DNA of 64,000 nt from Acidobacteriota bacterium (GTDB lineage Bacteria; Acidobacteriota; UBA6911; RPQK01; JAJDTT01), in the NCBI GenBank assembly GCA_965209055.1, contig OZ242374.1, positions 5,888,001-5,952,000 on the forward strand. Direction: 5' to 3'. The notes below the pieces were generated by a model that ran no database searches, had not been told where the DNA came from, and worked only from the letters and a program-made list of their open reading frames with translations. Shown piece by piece: positions 8,939 through 18,532 of this stretch (the first letter of the stretch is position 1; the number at the start of each line of letters is the position of its first letter). A program made the translations under genes and the position numbers.

Positions 8939-11770
8939 TCAGCGGCGGCGGTAGGGGTACAGGTCGAGAATCCGCTCCTCCTCGGGCCTCCAGGGCGGCC
9001 GGGCGAATCGTTCTTCCTCCACGGGAAGATGCGCTATCCAGATGTCTCCCCTCCGCTCTTTCAGAGTGAAAACGAGCTTGTCGCGCGCGACGTTGGTCCG
9101 CAGTGAGCTGAGCGAGACGCCGGCCAGCGACAGACGGGTCTCGCGAAAATGCCAGACCATCCTGGGATCTCCCACCGGCCTCCTGTCTGCCGGGTTCAAC
9201 TCCTGCACCCAGATGCCGCGGGCTCCCCCGCGATTGGAGACGAAGTACAGGAGATTTCCGTTCGGGGACCAGCCGGTCATCCCGTCCCTGTCCTGTCCGT
9301 CCGTGACGGCCACCCATCGCTCCGGCGGGATGCCGCCGCTCTCATGAAGATCTTCCTGGCGGAAGGGCGCAACGTAGATTCTGGCCTGAAGCGGACCCTC
9401 GGAAACCGTGAACGCGACCCATTTGTCGGCAGGATCGAGCCTGGCCTGGACCACGCTGTACTGGGGATGCTCCAGCAGCTTGAGCTGTCTTCCGCTGGTC
9501 ACGTCGAGAAGATCGACTCTTGACCTTCTTCCTCCATCTGCCCGGCGCACCACCAGGATGTCGTCTCCCTGGGAAGACCAGTCCAGGGGATGCCCGCAAT
9601 CCTGACAAACCGTTGTCCTGGGAGTCTGTCTCCGGGCCTCCACTCGATAGATTCCCCGGCTCTCCGAGTCGGACTCGCCGGCGCTGTACGCCACCTGGCT
9701 TCCATCGATCCGGATCCTGGGACGGCGCTCGTCTCCCGGACTCTCGGTGAGGTTGGTCTTCGCACCCGATCCCAGGTCCATGAGCCAGATATCCCGATTC
9801 CCGGAGCGGGTGGACTCGAAGGCCATCCGGCCTCCGTCCTCGGAAAGGGACGGATGGGAATCTTCTCCCGCATGTTGCGTGAGCCTCTCCAGACGCGCCC
9901 CCTCCGGCACACGTCCCCGGTCTGTGTCGATGGCCAGACTCCAGAGATCCAGGTTCTCGATCTGCGAGGAAAAGGCGATCCGGCCGGGCCGGACCGAGAA
10001 AGGCTCCAGCTCGGGGCCGACACCTGAAGTGATCTGGCGGGGTTCGCCCGAGAGGGTCAGGGTTCGGGGCGAGACCGCGATACGCCACAGGTTGACGCTG
10101 TCCCCGCGGCGGGCGGAGAAGACGATGAAGTTGTCGAGAGGCACCCAGACACCAGGGATCACCAGACCGGAAATCCCGGCCCGGGGCAACATGGCCGCCA
10201 GACCAAGCTTTCGAATCTCACCGTCCTCCAGCCGAAGAATCCACCAGTCGAAATCTTCGTCGCGTCTGGAGGATTCCCAGCCCAGGAATACGATGTGATC
10301 CCCGCGGGGAGACCAGATGGGATGACTCGCGACCGCGAAACTCTCCGCCAGTTGAGTCTGGGGCCGGCCGGAACTCCAGCCGGTGGTAAAGAGAGAGCCC
10401 CGCTTGAGATCGGCGCCGATCCGCCCCCTCCAATAGGCGATCCGGTCGCCTCGGGGCGAGACTCTGGGACGCCGCCCCCCATCGACGATGAACCGGGCGC
10501 CGGCCTCGTCTCCCAGGGTCGTGGTCCAGTAGAGACCCCCTCCGCGCCGCTCCGATCGGAATACCATCCTGGTCCCGTCGGGATGAAAGGAAGGCTGGTG
10601 GTCGTCGGCCGGGTCCCGAGTCCGGCGGGAACCGCCTCCGCCCAGTTGCTGTACCCAGATGTCCAGGTTTCCCCCGCCGCTCCGGTCCGACGCATACCCC
10701 AGCAGCCGTCCCCGGCGGGAGATGGCCGGATCGACCGTGAGCCCGGAAACCGACGTCACCCGGGTCAACATGGGTGGCGGAACCAGCCTGGAAGGATCCC
10801 CGGCGGTTCCCCACCACAACCCCCCGAACAGAATCGCCGCCAGCGCCAGACCCGCGACGGCGATCTCCCGGATGGTCAACGACGTGACCCGGAGTCCCCA
10901 CCGGCGGGGGCTTTGCAACTCCTGGAGCACATCTTCCAGCGCGAGACGCAGGTCCCGCATGTGCTGGAATCGCCGCTCGGGATCCTTCCGAAGGCAACGA
11001 TCCACGACCCATTCCAATTGCCGGGGGACGCCGCGCACCCGGTTTCCCAGGGGCTTGGGCTCCTTCTCCAGAATCCCCGCCAGCACCCTCGCCTGAGTCT
11101 TTCCCGGAAAGGCCTTGCGGCCGGTGACCATCTCGTAGATCAGCGACCCGAAGGAAAAAATGTCCGTCCGCGGGTCCGGGGGGATCCCTTCCACCTGTTC
11201 GGGGCTCATGTAGGGAGCCGTCCCCAGGATCACGCCCTCTCTCGTCTTCTCGTCCATCAGGGTGGGAGAATGAGTCAGGTCCGAGGGTTCGGAACTCTCG
11301 GCGATCGCCTTGGCCAGACCGAAGTCCAGAACCTTGACCCGATCATCGGGCGTAATCATCACGTTGGCCGGCTTCAGATCCCGGTGGATGACCCCTTTTT
11401 CGTGGGCGGCCTCCACGCCTCGCGCAATTTCCACCGCGTAACCCACGGCTTTCTTCAAGGGCAGAGAACCTTCTGCCAGGAGCTCCGCCAACGTCCGCCC
11501 ATCCACCAGCTCCAGAATGAAGAACTTCCGGTCGTTCGCCTCCTCGAATCCGTAGATGGCGGCGATATTGGAGTGGTTGAGCGATGCCAGAACCCGCGCT
11601 TCCCGCTGGAATCGGGACAGGCGTTCCGAGTCCTCGGCGTAGCCCGGAGGGAGGACTTTGATGGCGACTTGCCGGTTCAGGCGCGTATCCCGGGCGCGGT
11701 AGACCTCGCCCATTCCCCCTGCCCCGAGAGGTCCGATGATCTCGTAGCTGCCGAGCAGATCGTCAGGCAT
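8939..11770 (-). CDS. Hanks-type Ser/Thr protein kinase with TM helix and C-terminal PD40/TolB-like propeller repeats
   Basis: LGAGGMGEVY, VAIKVL, HRDLKPAN, DFG and GTAPYMSPEQ; TM IAVAGLALAAILFGGLWW; repeats such as PIWSPRGDHIVF and PSLSEDGGRMAFES; start reassigned to ATG 11770. Confidence 0.93.
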   Translation of the reverse strand: MPDDLLGSYEIIGPLGAGGMGEVYRARDTRLNRQVAIKVLPPGYAEDSERLSRFQREARVLASLNHSNIAAIYGFEEANDRKFFILELVDGRTLAELLAEGSLPLKKAVGYAVEIARGVEAAHEKGVIHRDLKPANVMITPDDRVKVLDFGLAKAIAESSEPSDLTHSPTLMDEKTREGVILGTAPYMSPEQVEGIPPDPRTDIFSFGSLIYEMVTGRKAFPGKTQARVLAGILEKEPKPLGNRVRGVPRQLEWVVDRCLRKDPERRFQHMRDLRLALEDVLQELQSPRRWGLRVTSLTIREIAVAGLALAAILFGGLWWGTAGDPSRLVPPPMLTRVTSVSGLTVDPAISRRGRLLGYASDRSGGGNLDIWVQQLGGGGSRRTRDPADDHQPSFHPDGTRMVFRSERRGGGLYWTTTLGDEAGARFIVDGGRRPRVSPRGDRIAYWRGRIGADLKRGSLFTTGWSSGRPQTQLAESFAVASHPIWSPRGDHIVFLGWESSRRDEDFDWWILRLEDGEIRKLGLAAMLPRAGISGLVIPGVWVPLDNFIVFSARRGDSVNLWRIAVSPRTLTLSGEPRQITSGVGPELEPFSVRPGRIAFSSQIENLDLWSLAIDTDRGRVPEGARLERLTQHAGEDSHPSLSEDGGRMAFESTRSGNRDIWLMDLGSGAKTNLTESPGDERRPRIRIDGSQVAYSAGESDSESRGIYRVEARRQTPRTTVCQDCGHPLDWSSQGDDILVVRRADGGRRSRVDLLDVTSGRQLKLLEHPQYSVVQARLDPADKWVAFTVSEGPLQARIYVAPFRQEDLHESGGIPPERWVAVTDGQDRDGMTGWSPNGNLLYFVSNRGGARGIWVQELNPADRRPVGDPRMVWHFRETRLSLAGVSLSSLRTNVARDKLVFTLKERRGDIWIAHLPVEEERFARPPWRPEEERILDLYPYRRR

Positions 11771-13409
11771 TTCCGGCGTCCAGCCTCTCCACCACCAAAA
11801 CCGTGAGATCGTCGTAGGCCGAGGCGGTACCCATGAAACCCTGGACGGCTGCCAGGATGGCCTCCTGGACCGCGGCCCCGCCGGACGCCGCCGATTCACG
11901 GACAACGTCCTTCAGACGCGCTTCGCCGAACATCTCCCCATTCGGATCCATGGCCTCGGTCACCCCATCCGAATATACGACGAGAATGTCTCCGGCGTTC
12001 AGGCGAAAGGCAACAGACTCGTAGGTGACGTTTTCGAAGGCGCCCAGAATCATGCCGCACGGATCAAGCTCCTCGATCCCGCCCGTCGACGCCCGGCAGA
12101 CGTATGCGGGATTGTGGCCGGCGCTCACGTACTCCCCCTCGCCCGACGGATTGACCCGGAAGAGAAAAAGGGTGACGAAACGGTTGCTGGGAGTCTTCCG
12201 GAAGAGGTGGTCGTTGGCTCTGCTGACGGCGTCCCCCAAGGACAAACTGGAGCCGAATCCAACCTCCAGGACCCCTTGGAGAAAAGAACTCAACAAGGCC
12301 GCGGGGACGCCCTTGCCCGACACGTCCGCCAGGACGCCGGTCAGGTCATCGCCGTCCGGACCGAGAAAGTCATAGTAGTCGCCCCCCACGTAACGCGTCG
12401 GAGTGCTGGAGGCATGGACGCTGAAGGACGGGGAATGGGGAAGGTCCTGCGGCAGAAGAGCGCGTTGCGTCGCCTGGGCCAGGGACAGTTCCTGCTGGAC
12501 CCGCTTCCGCTCCTCCAGGCTCTGGATCAGTTCCAGCTTTTCGAAGACGTTCGAGGCCTCCAGGGCCAGCCGGCTCAGGATCTTCTGATCCAGGCCGCTG
12601 AGCATGTGCATGGCCTTCCGGCTGTCCAGGTAGAGGATGCCCCGGACCGCCGGCCGGTCGCCGTCGCCGGAGATCCACTTCAGGGGCATGCAGGCCACGG
12701 CTCGAAGCCGCATATTGACGATGCTCTCCTGGGCGGCGAACTGCTGGTCGATTCCCTCGGTCATCAGCAGCGGCTCCCCTTGTTTGGCCACCTGCTCGAC
12801 CACGGTATGGCTGGTTTTGAACTCACTCTCGGAAAGGTGATCGCCCCCGTGGTCCATCCCCACCACGTATTCGAAGTTCTGCCCCGAGAAGGTCAGCAGA
12901 AATCCCCGCTCCGCTCCGCTCACCCGCAACGCCGATTCCAGCAGTTGACCCAACATCCGGTCCGCCGAGAACGTCTGGCCCCATTGATATTGGAAATCCA
13001 GGATGTGGGAGATCTTCTCCAACTCCGAGGCAACCGACGCAACGGGGGGAAGGACCGACGAAAGCTGCAGGACGGACTCCTCCAGGTTCAGGGTCCGGTT
13101 CCCGGCCTGTTCCACCAGTCCCGTGTAATGGAACTCGCTGTGACCGGGTCCCATCCGGATCTTGTCACCGGCCTCCAGGAGCCGTTCCCGGACACGGATC
13201 CCATTGACGAAGGTCCCGTGGGTGCTGTCCAGATCGATGACCTTGTAGACCCGGTCCTGCTGCTGCAACCGGGCGTGGCGCCGCGAGACGTAGGGATCGG
13301 TCAGGACGATGTCCGAATCGGATCTGCGGCCGATGAACAGCTCCTTCTTCCGCAACTCCATCCGGCAGGGCCGGCCGCCCTGCCGCCATTCCAGGTAATG
13401 AGCGTTCAT
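11763..13409 (-). CDS. FHA-GAF-SpoIIE (PP2C) protein phosphatase
   Basis: FHA motifs IGRRS, VSRRHA and DLDSTHGTFVNG; GAF segment; PP2C motifs VGGDYYD, ADVSGKG, SAGH, YSDGVTEA and DDLT. Confidence 0.92.
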   Translation of the reverse strand: MNAHYLEWRQGGRPCRMELRKKELFIGRRSDSDIVLTDPYVSRRHARLQQQDRVYKVIDLDSTHGTFVNGIRVRERLLEAGDKIRMGPGHSEFHYTGLVEQAGNRTLNLEESVLQLSSVLPPVASVASELEKISHILDFQYQWGQTFSADRMLGQLLESALRVSGAERGFLLTFSGQNFEYVVGMDHGGDHLSESEFKTSHTVVEQVAKQGEPLLMTEGIDQQFAAQESIVNMRLRAVACMPLKWISGDGDRPAVRGILYLDSRKAMHMLSGLDQKILSRLALEASNVFEKLELIQSLEERKRVQQELSLAQATQRALLPQDLPHSPSFSVHASSTPTRYVGGDYYDFLGPDGDDLTGVLADVSGKGVPAALLSSFLQGVLEVGFGSSLSLGDAVSRANDHLFRKTPSNRFVTLFLFRVNPSGEGEYVSAGHNPAYVCRASTGGIEELDPCGMILGAFENVTYESVAFRLNAGDILVVYSDGVTEAMDPNGEMFGEARLKDVVRESAASGGAAVQEAILAAVQGFMGTASAYDDLTVLVVERLDAGNA

Positions 13410-13831
13410 TTCTTCTCTCACGGCCACCGGCGGCAAGAATCCCTTCTCGGAATTCAACCGATGCTCCCATCTTGGCGGACCGCGCCGGTCATCGGTCGGA
13501 TACGGGTTCGTATGGCCGATGTTTCGCCTGGCCGGGCGGCCGCCTTCCGGCATCGTTGCCCGGCGGAAGTCCCGTGCGCATTATAGACACGCCTTGATCC
13601 CTAAAGCGCACAGGTCGACGGTGAATCCCCGGAATCCCGCGGCAGGCTCCTCAAGGAGGCGATTTGGAGTTGACTTTCCCAGGTTTTTCCAGAATATGAG
13701 TGGGAGTGCGCAGGGCTTCTGCACCCAGGCTATTCGACGGTGTAGAATAACCTCTCCGGATTGAACCACGCCGATTGCAGGCAGTCGAACGGGATGACGT
13801 TACCCCACAATCGAGAGGAGAAGACAACACT

Positions 13832-14707
13832 GTGAAGGCACTAGGCTACGCATGCCCCGAGACGCTGGAGGAGGCGATCGCGCTCATGGCCGAATACGAC
13901 GGCCGCGCGCGCCCTCTGGCCGGGGGAACCGACATCATCGTCCAAGTGAGGGAGGGCCATCGCGACCTGGACCTGATGGTGGACGTCAAGCGGATTCCCC
14001 AACTCAGACAACTGACTCACGATGCCGCGGAAGGACTGGTCCTGGGGGCCGCGGTCCCCTGCTGCGAATTCTACGAGCACGCCGAAATCGCATCCCTGTA
14101 CCCGGGCCTCGTGGACGCCGCCGAGCTGGTGGGAGGAACGGCCATCCAGAGCCGCGCTTCCTTCGGCGGCAACCTCTGCAACTCCTCCCCGGCAGCGGAC
14201 ACCATTCCCGCCCTGATCGCCCACCGGGCCTCGTGCGTGATCGCCGGTCCCGGCGGCCAGCGCGAAGTCCCCGTGGAAGGCTTCTGCACCGCGCCCGGCC
14301 GCAATGTGCTGGGGCGGGGAGAGTTGCTGGTCTCCTTGCGGATCCCGACCCCGGGCCCGAACTCGGGAGCGCACTATCTCCGGTTCATCCCCCGCAACGA
14401 AATGGATATCGCCGTCGTCGGGGCGGGGTCGTCAGTCGTGCTGAATGACGCCGGCGACACCTTCGTCTCCGGCCGCGTGGGATTGGGCGCGGTGGCCCCC
14501 ACCCCGTTGTTGGTGGAGGAAGCCGGCGAAATATTGTCGGGGAGTCCGGTCTCGGACGCCGTTATCGAAGCGGCCGCCGCGGCGGCCGGCAGGGCGGCCC
14601 GCCCCATCAGCGACATGCGGGGAACCATCGAGCAGCGGATACACTTGTCCGGGGTCCTGACCCGCAGGACACTCGTGAAGGCCGTCGCCCGCGCCAGAGG
14701 AGAGTGA
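13832..14707 (+). CDS. Xanthine dehydrogenase family FAD-binding subunit (CoxM/XdhB-like)
   Basis: LAGGTD, ASFGGNLCNSSPAAD and PISDMRG motifs; GTG start after GAGGAG. Confidence 0.93.
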   Translation: MKALGYACPETLEEAIALMAEYDGRARPLAGGTDIIVQVREGHRDLDLMVDVKRIPQLRQLTHDAAEGLVLGAAVPCCEFYEHAEIASLYPGLVDAAELVGGTAIQSRASFGGNLCNSSPAADTIPALIAHRASCVIAGPGGQREVPVEGFCTAPGRNVLGRGELLVSLRIPTPGPNSGAHYLRFIPRNEMDIAVVGAGSSVVLNDAGDTFVSGRVGLGAVAPTPLLVEEAGEILSGSPVSDAVIEAAAAAAGRAARPISDMRGTIEQRIHLSGVLTRRTLVKAVARARGE

Positions 14708-14712
14708 GATTC

Positions 14713-15213
14713 ATGAGCGTGACAGCCGCCGATCAAAAGCTACATATTCAGACCCGGATCAACGACGAAAACACCGAGTTCCTGTGCGAGCCGCGCCACA
14801 GCCTGTTGGAGGTTCTTCGCGACATTCTCCAACTGACCGGCAGCAAGGAAGGGTGCAACAACGGCAATTGCGGCGCCTGCAGCGTCATCCTGGACGGGCG
14901 CCTCGTCAACTCCTGCGTGGTCATGGCCGGCGAGGTTCAGGGCGCCGAGGTCACCACCATCGAGGGGTTGGCGTCGGAATCGGGCGAGCTGCACCCCTTG
15001 CAGCAGAATTTCCTGGAACACGCCGCCCTCCAGTGCGGCGTCTGCACGCCCGGCTTCATCGTCGCCGCCAAGGCCCTTCTGGACCGGAATCCCGATCCTT
15101 CCGAACATGACGTTCGCCTTTGGCTGGCGGGAAATCTCTGCCGCTGCACAGGTTACGACAAGATCATTCGAGCCGTATTGGACACTGCCGCGCCGGCCAA
15201 CGGCAACGGTTAA
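14713..15213 (+). CDS. Xanthine dehydrogenase family 2Fe-2S subunit (CoxS-like)
   Basis: GCNNGNCGACSV, QCGVCTPG and NLCRCTGY motifs. Confidence 0.95.
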   Translation: MSVTAADQKLHIQTRINDENTEFLCEPRHSLLEVLRDILQLTGSKEGCNNGNCGACSVILDGRLVNSCVVMAGEVQGAEVTTIEGLASESGELHPLQQNFLEHAALQCGVCTPGFIVAAKALLDRNPDPSEHDVRLWLAGNLCRCTGYDKIIRAVLDTAAPANGNG

Positions 15214-15233
15214 CCGAGGGGGAGTCAAGACTG

Positions 15234-17531
15234 ATGGCTACAGCAATCAAAACCGCACCGGAAACCCAATCCGAATACAAGGTCATCGGCACCCGTCCCA
15301 TCCGCCACGACGGAGTGGACAAGGTCACCGGAAGAGCCCAATACGGCGCCGACGTGTACCTGACGGGCATGCTGCACGGCAACGTCCTGCGCAGCCCCCA
15401 CGCCCACGCCAGGATCGTCTCCATCGACGCCGGCAAGGCGCTGGCGCTGCCCGGCGTGAAGGCGGTGGTCACGGGTCAGGACCTGCCCGATCCGGGGGAC
15501 AAGATCGCGAACCTGGGGGAGGCGGCAGCGCCGCTGCGCCATCTCTCCCTCAACGTCCTGGCCCGGGACAAGGTTCTTTACCAGGGACACGCCGTCGCCG
15601 CCGTGGCGGCCACCGATCCTCACCTGGCCGAGGAAGCCGCGGGCTTGATCGAGGTGGAATACGAACTGCTTCCCCCCGTGATGGACGTGATGGAGGCCAT
15701 GAAGGACGGGGCGCCGCTGCTGGATGAGAGCCTCCGCACCAAGTCCTTCGGGACCGTCGGAGACAAGCCGACCAACGTCGCGGACCATATCCACTTCGAG
15801 TTGGGTGACGTGGAGCAGGGATTCGCCGAAGCGGACATCGTGGTGGAGAGGGAGTTCACCACCCAGACCGTGCACCAGGGATACATCGAACCCCACAACT
15901 GTACGGCCTTCTGGAACTCCGACGGCCAGCTCACCATCTGGCTGAGCACCCAGGGCTCCTTCACCAGCCGCGCCCAGACTTCCGAGATCCTGGGGGTCCC
16001 CATCTCCCAGGTGAAGGTCGTCCCCACCGAGATCGGCGGCGGCTTCGGCGGGAAGATCGCCACCTACCTGGAGCCGACGGCGGCGTTGTTGTCCAAGGCC
16101 ACCGGCCGGCCGGTGAAGATCCTCATGACCCGGGAGGAAGTCCTGCAGGCCACCGGTCCGACGCCGGCTTCGTTCATGCGCGTCAAGATGGGCGCCAAGA
16201 AGGACGGGACCCTCACCGCCGGAAGCTTCTGGGCCGCCTTCGACGCCGGCGGATTTCCGGGATCGCCCATCGGCGCCGCCTGCATGTGCGTGTTCGCACC
16301 CTACAACCTTCCCAACGGCGTCATCGACGGCTTCGACGTGCTGGTCAACAAGCCCAAGTCATCCGCCTACCGGGCACCGGGAGCGACTCACGCCGAGTTC
16401 GCCTCGGAGACGGTAGTGGACGAGATCTGCGAAGAGTTGGGCATGGACCCCATCGAATTCCGCCTCAAGAACGCCTCCCAGGAAGGTGACCGGCGGGTCG
16501 ACGGACCGGTCTGGCCGCGGATCGGATGCGTGGAAACGACCGAAGCCGCCCGCGAACACCCGCACTATTCGGCGCCTCTGGAAGGACCCAACCGGGGCCG
16601 CGGCGTGGCCAGCGGATTCTGGTTCAACGTGGGACTCAAATCCAGCGTCCACGCCAGCGTGAACCCCGACGGCCAGGTGAGCCTGGTGGAGGGCTCCACC
16701 GACATCGGCGGCACCCGGACCTCCGTGGCCATGCAAATGGCGGAGGTTCTGGGCATTCCGGCCGAGAGCGTCCGGCCCATCGTCGTGGACACGGACGCCG
16801 TCGGTTATACGGACGTGACCGGAGGCAGCCGGGTCACCTTCTCCACCGGCTATGCGGCGTACGAGGCGGGCAAGGACATTCAGAAGCAGATGATCGGCCG
16901 GGCTGGCGTCCTCTGGGAGATTTCCGCGGATCAGGTCGAGGCCGTCGACGGCGAATACCGGGCCACCGATGGATCGGGCCGCAGCATTTCATTCGCCGAG
17001 TTGGCCGCCAAGATGGACGAGACCGGCGGACCCATCGTGGGCCGGGCCACCGTCGATCCCAAGGGAGTGGGCGGCGCTTTCTGCACCCAGATCGCCGACG
17101 TGGAAGTGGACCCGGATACCGGGAAGATCGAGATCCTCCGCTTCACCGTGGTCCAGGATGCCGGACGGGCCATCCACCCGGCTTACGTCGAGGGCCAGAT
17201 GCAGGGCGGAGCCGTCCAGGGCATCGGCTGGGCCCTGAACGAAGAGTACGTCTACAACGAACAGGGCCATCTCCTGAACGGCAGCTTTCTGGACTACCGG
17301 ATGCCCACGAGCCTGGACCTCCCCATGATCGACACCAAGATCGTGGAGGTGCCGAATCCGGGACATCCCTTCGGCGTGCGGGGAGTCGGAGAGGTCCCCA
17401 TCGTGCCTCCGCCGGCCGCTATCGCCAACGCCGTCTACCAGGCGACGGGTTTGAGGCTCAGGGACCTGCCCATGAGCCCGCCCAGGGTGTTGAACTCGAT
17501 CCTGGAGAAAAAAGGAAACGGTTCCGGTTGA
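15234..17531 (+). CDS. Xanthine dehydrogenase family molybdopterin-binding subunit
   Basis: RSPHAHA, IGGGFGGK, AYRAPG, GQMQGGAVQGIG and GVGE motifs; start at ATG 15234. Confidence 0.94.
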   Translation: MATAIKTAPETQSEYKVIGTRPIRHDGVDKVTGRAQYGADVYLTGMLHGNVLRSPHAHARIVSIDAGKALALPGVKAVVTGQDLPDPGDKIANLGEAAAPLRHLSLNVLARDKVLYQGHAVAAVAATDPHLAEEAAGLIEVEYELLPPVMDVMEAMKDGAPLLDESLRTKSFGTVGDKPTNVADHIHFELGDVEQGFAEADIVVEREFTTQTVHQGYIEPHNCTAFWNSDGQLTIWLSTQGSFTSRAQTSEILGVPISQVKVVPTEIGGGFGGKIATYLEPTAALLSKATGRPVKILMTREEVLQATGPTPASFMRVKMGAKKDGTLTAGSFWAAFDAGGFPGSPIGAACMCVFAPYNLPNGVIDGFDVLVNKPKSSAYRAPGATHAEFASETVVDEICEELGMDPIEFRLKNASQEGDRRVDGPVWPRIGCVETTEAAREHPHYSAPLEGPNRGRGVASGFWFNVGLKSSVHASVNPDGQVSLVEGSTDIGGTRTSVAMQMAEVLGIPAESVRPIVVDTDAVGYTDVTGGSRVTFSTGYAAYEAGKDIQKQMIGRAGVLWEISADQVEAVDGEYRATDGSGRSISFAELAAKMDETGGPIVGRATVDPKGVGGAFCTQIADVEVDPDTGKIEILRFTVVQDAGRAIHPAYVEGQMQGGAVQGIGWALNEEYVYNEQGHLLNGSFLDYRMPTSLDLPMIDTKIVEVPNPGHPFGVRGVGEVPIVPPPAAIANAVYQATGLRLRDLPMSPPRVLNSILEKKGNGSG

Positions 17532-17573
17532 ACCGCCGCCCGGCTCCGAGCCGGGGGGCCGCACAAGAGCTCC

Positions 17574-17852
17574 ATGCCGACAGCCTGGATTCCTCCGCCG
17601 ATGCGAGAGCTCACGGATGGACGGGTGCAGGTCGAGGTTCGAGGACAGACCGTTCGACAACTCATCGATCAGTTGGACCAGGAATACCCTGGTATCGGGG
17701 AGCGTCTTTGCGAGGGCGATCGGCTGCGCAGCGGCGTCGCGGTTTCCATCGACGGCGTGATTTCGCCTGAAGGCCTTCGAGCCCGCCTGGAGCCCGGCAG
17801 CGAAGTCCATTTTCTGCCCGCCATCGCCGGAGGAAACCGGAGGAGGACGTAG
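17574..17852 (+). CDS. MoaD/ThiS family ubiquitin-like sulfur carrier
   Basis: Beta-grasp pattern ending FLPAIAGG, followed by a short NRRRT extension. Confidence 0.85.
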   Translation: MPTAWIPPPMRELTDGRVQVEVRGQTVRQLIDQLDQEYPGIGERLCEGDRLRSGVAVSIDGVISPEGLRARLEPGSEVHFLPAIAGGNRRRT

Positions 17853-17856
17853 CGCC

Positions 17857-18207
17857 ATGGGGCTGAGGGTTCTGAGCCGCGTCATGCTCATCCTCTATTC
17901 CGCCGCCACCGTTCTTCAGTACAACGATCCCGACCTCCTTTTCTGGATGCCGGTCTACGGTTTGGCGGCGCTCTGGTCCTGGATGCATTGGACGGGAAGG
18001 AGGCTGCCCCAGCCCTGGGTGGAGCTCTTCGCGGGCGCGTGCCTCGCGTCGGCGCTCTACGTGGGCGCCACACTCCCCGAAGGAACTTTGAACTACCGCC
18101 AGGAGGAACTCAGCGAGTCGGGCGGCCTCCTGGTCACCGCCGTCTGGTCCCTGGTCCTGGCGAGGCGCCAGCGATTGGCGAGAAAAGGACAGGCAGCATC
18201 GTCATGA
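17857..18207 (+). CDS. TMEM220-like small membrane protein
   Basis: LQYNDPDLLFWMPVYG and ESGGLLV motifs. Confidence 0.75.
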   Translation: MGLRVLSRVMLILYSAATVLQYNDPDLLFWMPVYGLAALWSWMHWTGRRLPQPWVELFAGACLASALYVGATLPEGTLNYRQEELSESGGLLVTAVWSLVLARRQRLARKGQAASS

Positions 18208-18512
18208 ATCTTCCCGAAGCGGCGGTCGTCATTTATGGAGCCCTGGTGACCCTGGGAGGGCTGATCGGGTATCTGAAGGCTCGCAGCCTGCCTTCCCTCG
18301 TCCTGGGCGTTCTCTTTGGAGCGGCTCTCATTCTCTCGGCGCTGTTTGCCGGCGCCGATAGCGGGATCCCGGCAGACCTGCCGCTGTGGCTGGTTCTGGG
18401 ACTGACCGTACTGTCCCTCTATCGCCTCAATAGGACGCGGCGTTTCATGCCGGCCGGACTTCTGGTCCTCCTCGGGGCCGTCGTCGCCGCGATTCTGTTG
18501 GCCACCAAGTAA
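18204..18512 (+). CDS. TMEM14 family membrane protein
   Basis: YGALVTLGGLIGYLKARSLPSL...RFMPAGL; ATGA overlap with the upstream gene. Confidence 0.85.
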   Translation: MNLPEAAVVIYGALVTLGGLIGYLKARSLPSLVLGVLFGAALILSALFAGADSGIPADLPLWLVLGLTVLSLYRLNRTRRFMPAGLLVLLGAVVAAILLATK

Positions 18513-18532
18513 CCTCTCAGCGCGCGGAACGT

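Noticed and set aside
13470-13525. Hairpin upstream of the FHA-PP2C gene as a riboswitch or ncRNA
   Set aside because: It is a single imperfect stem-loop with no recognisable aptamer consensus.
15234-17531. Aerobic CO dehydrogenase (coxL)
   Set aside because: It lacks the AYxCSFR form I loop, and no coxDEFG accessory genes are adjacent.
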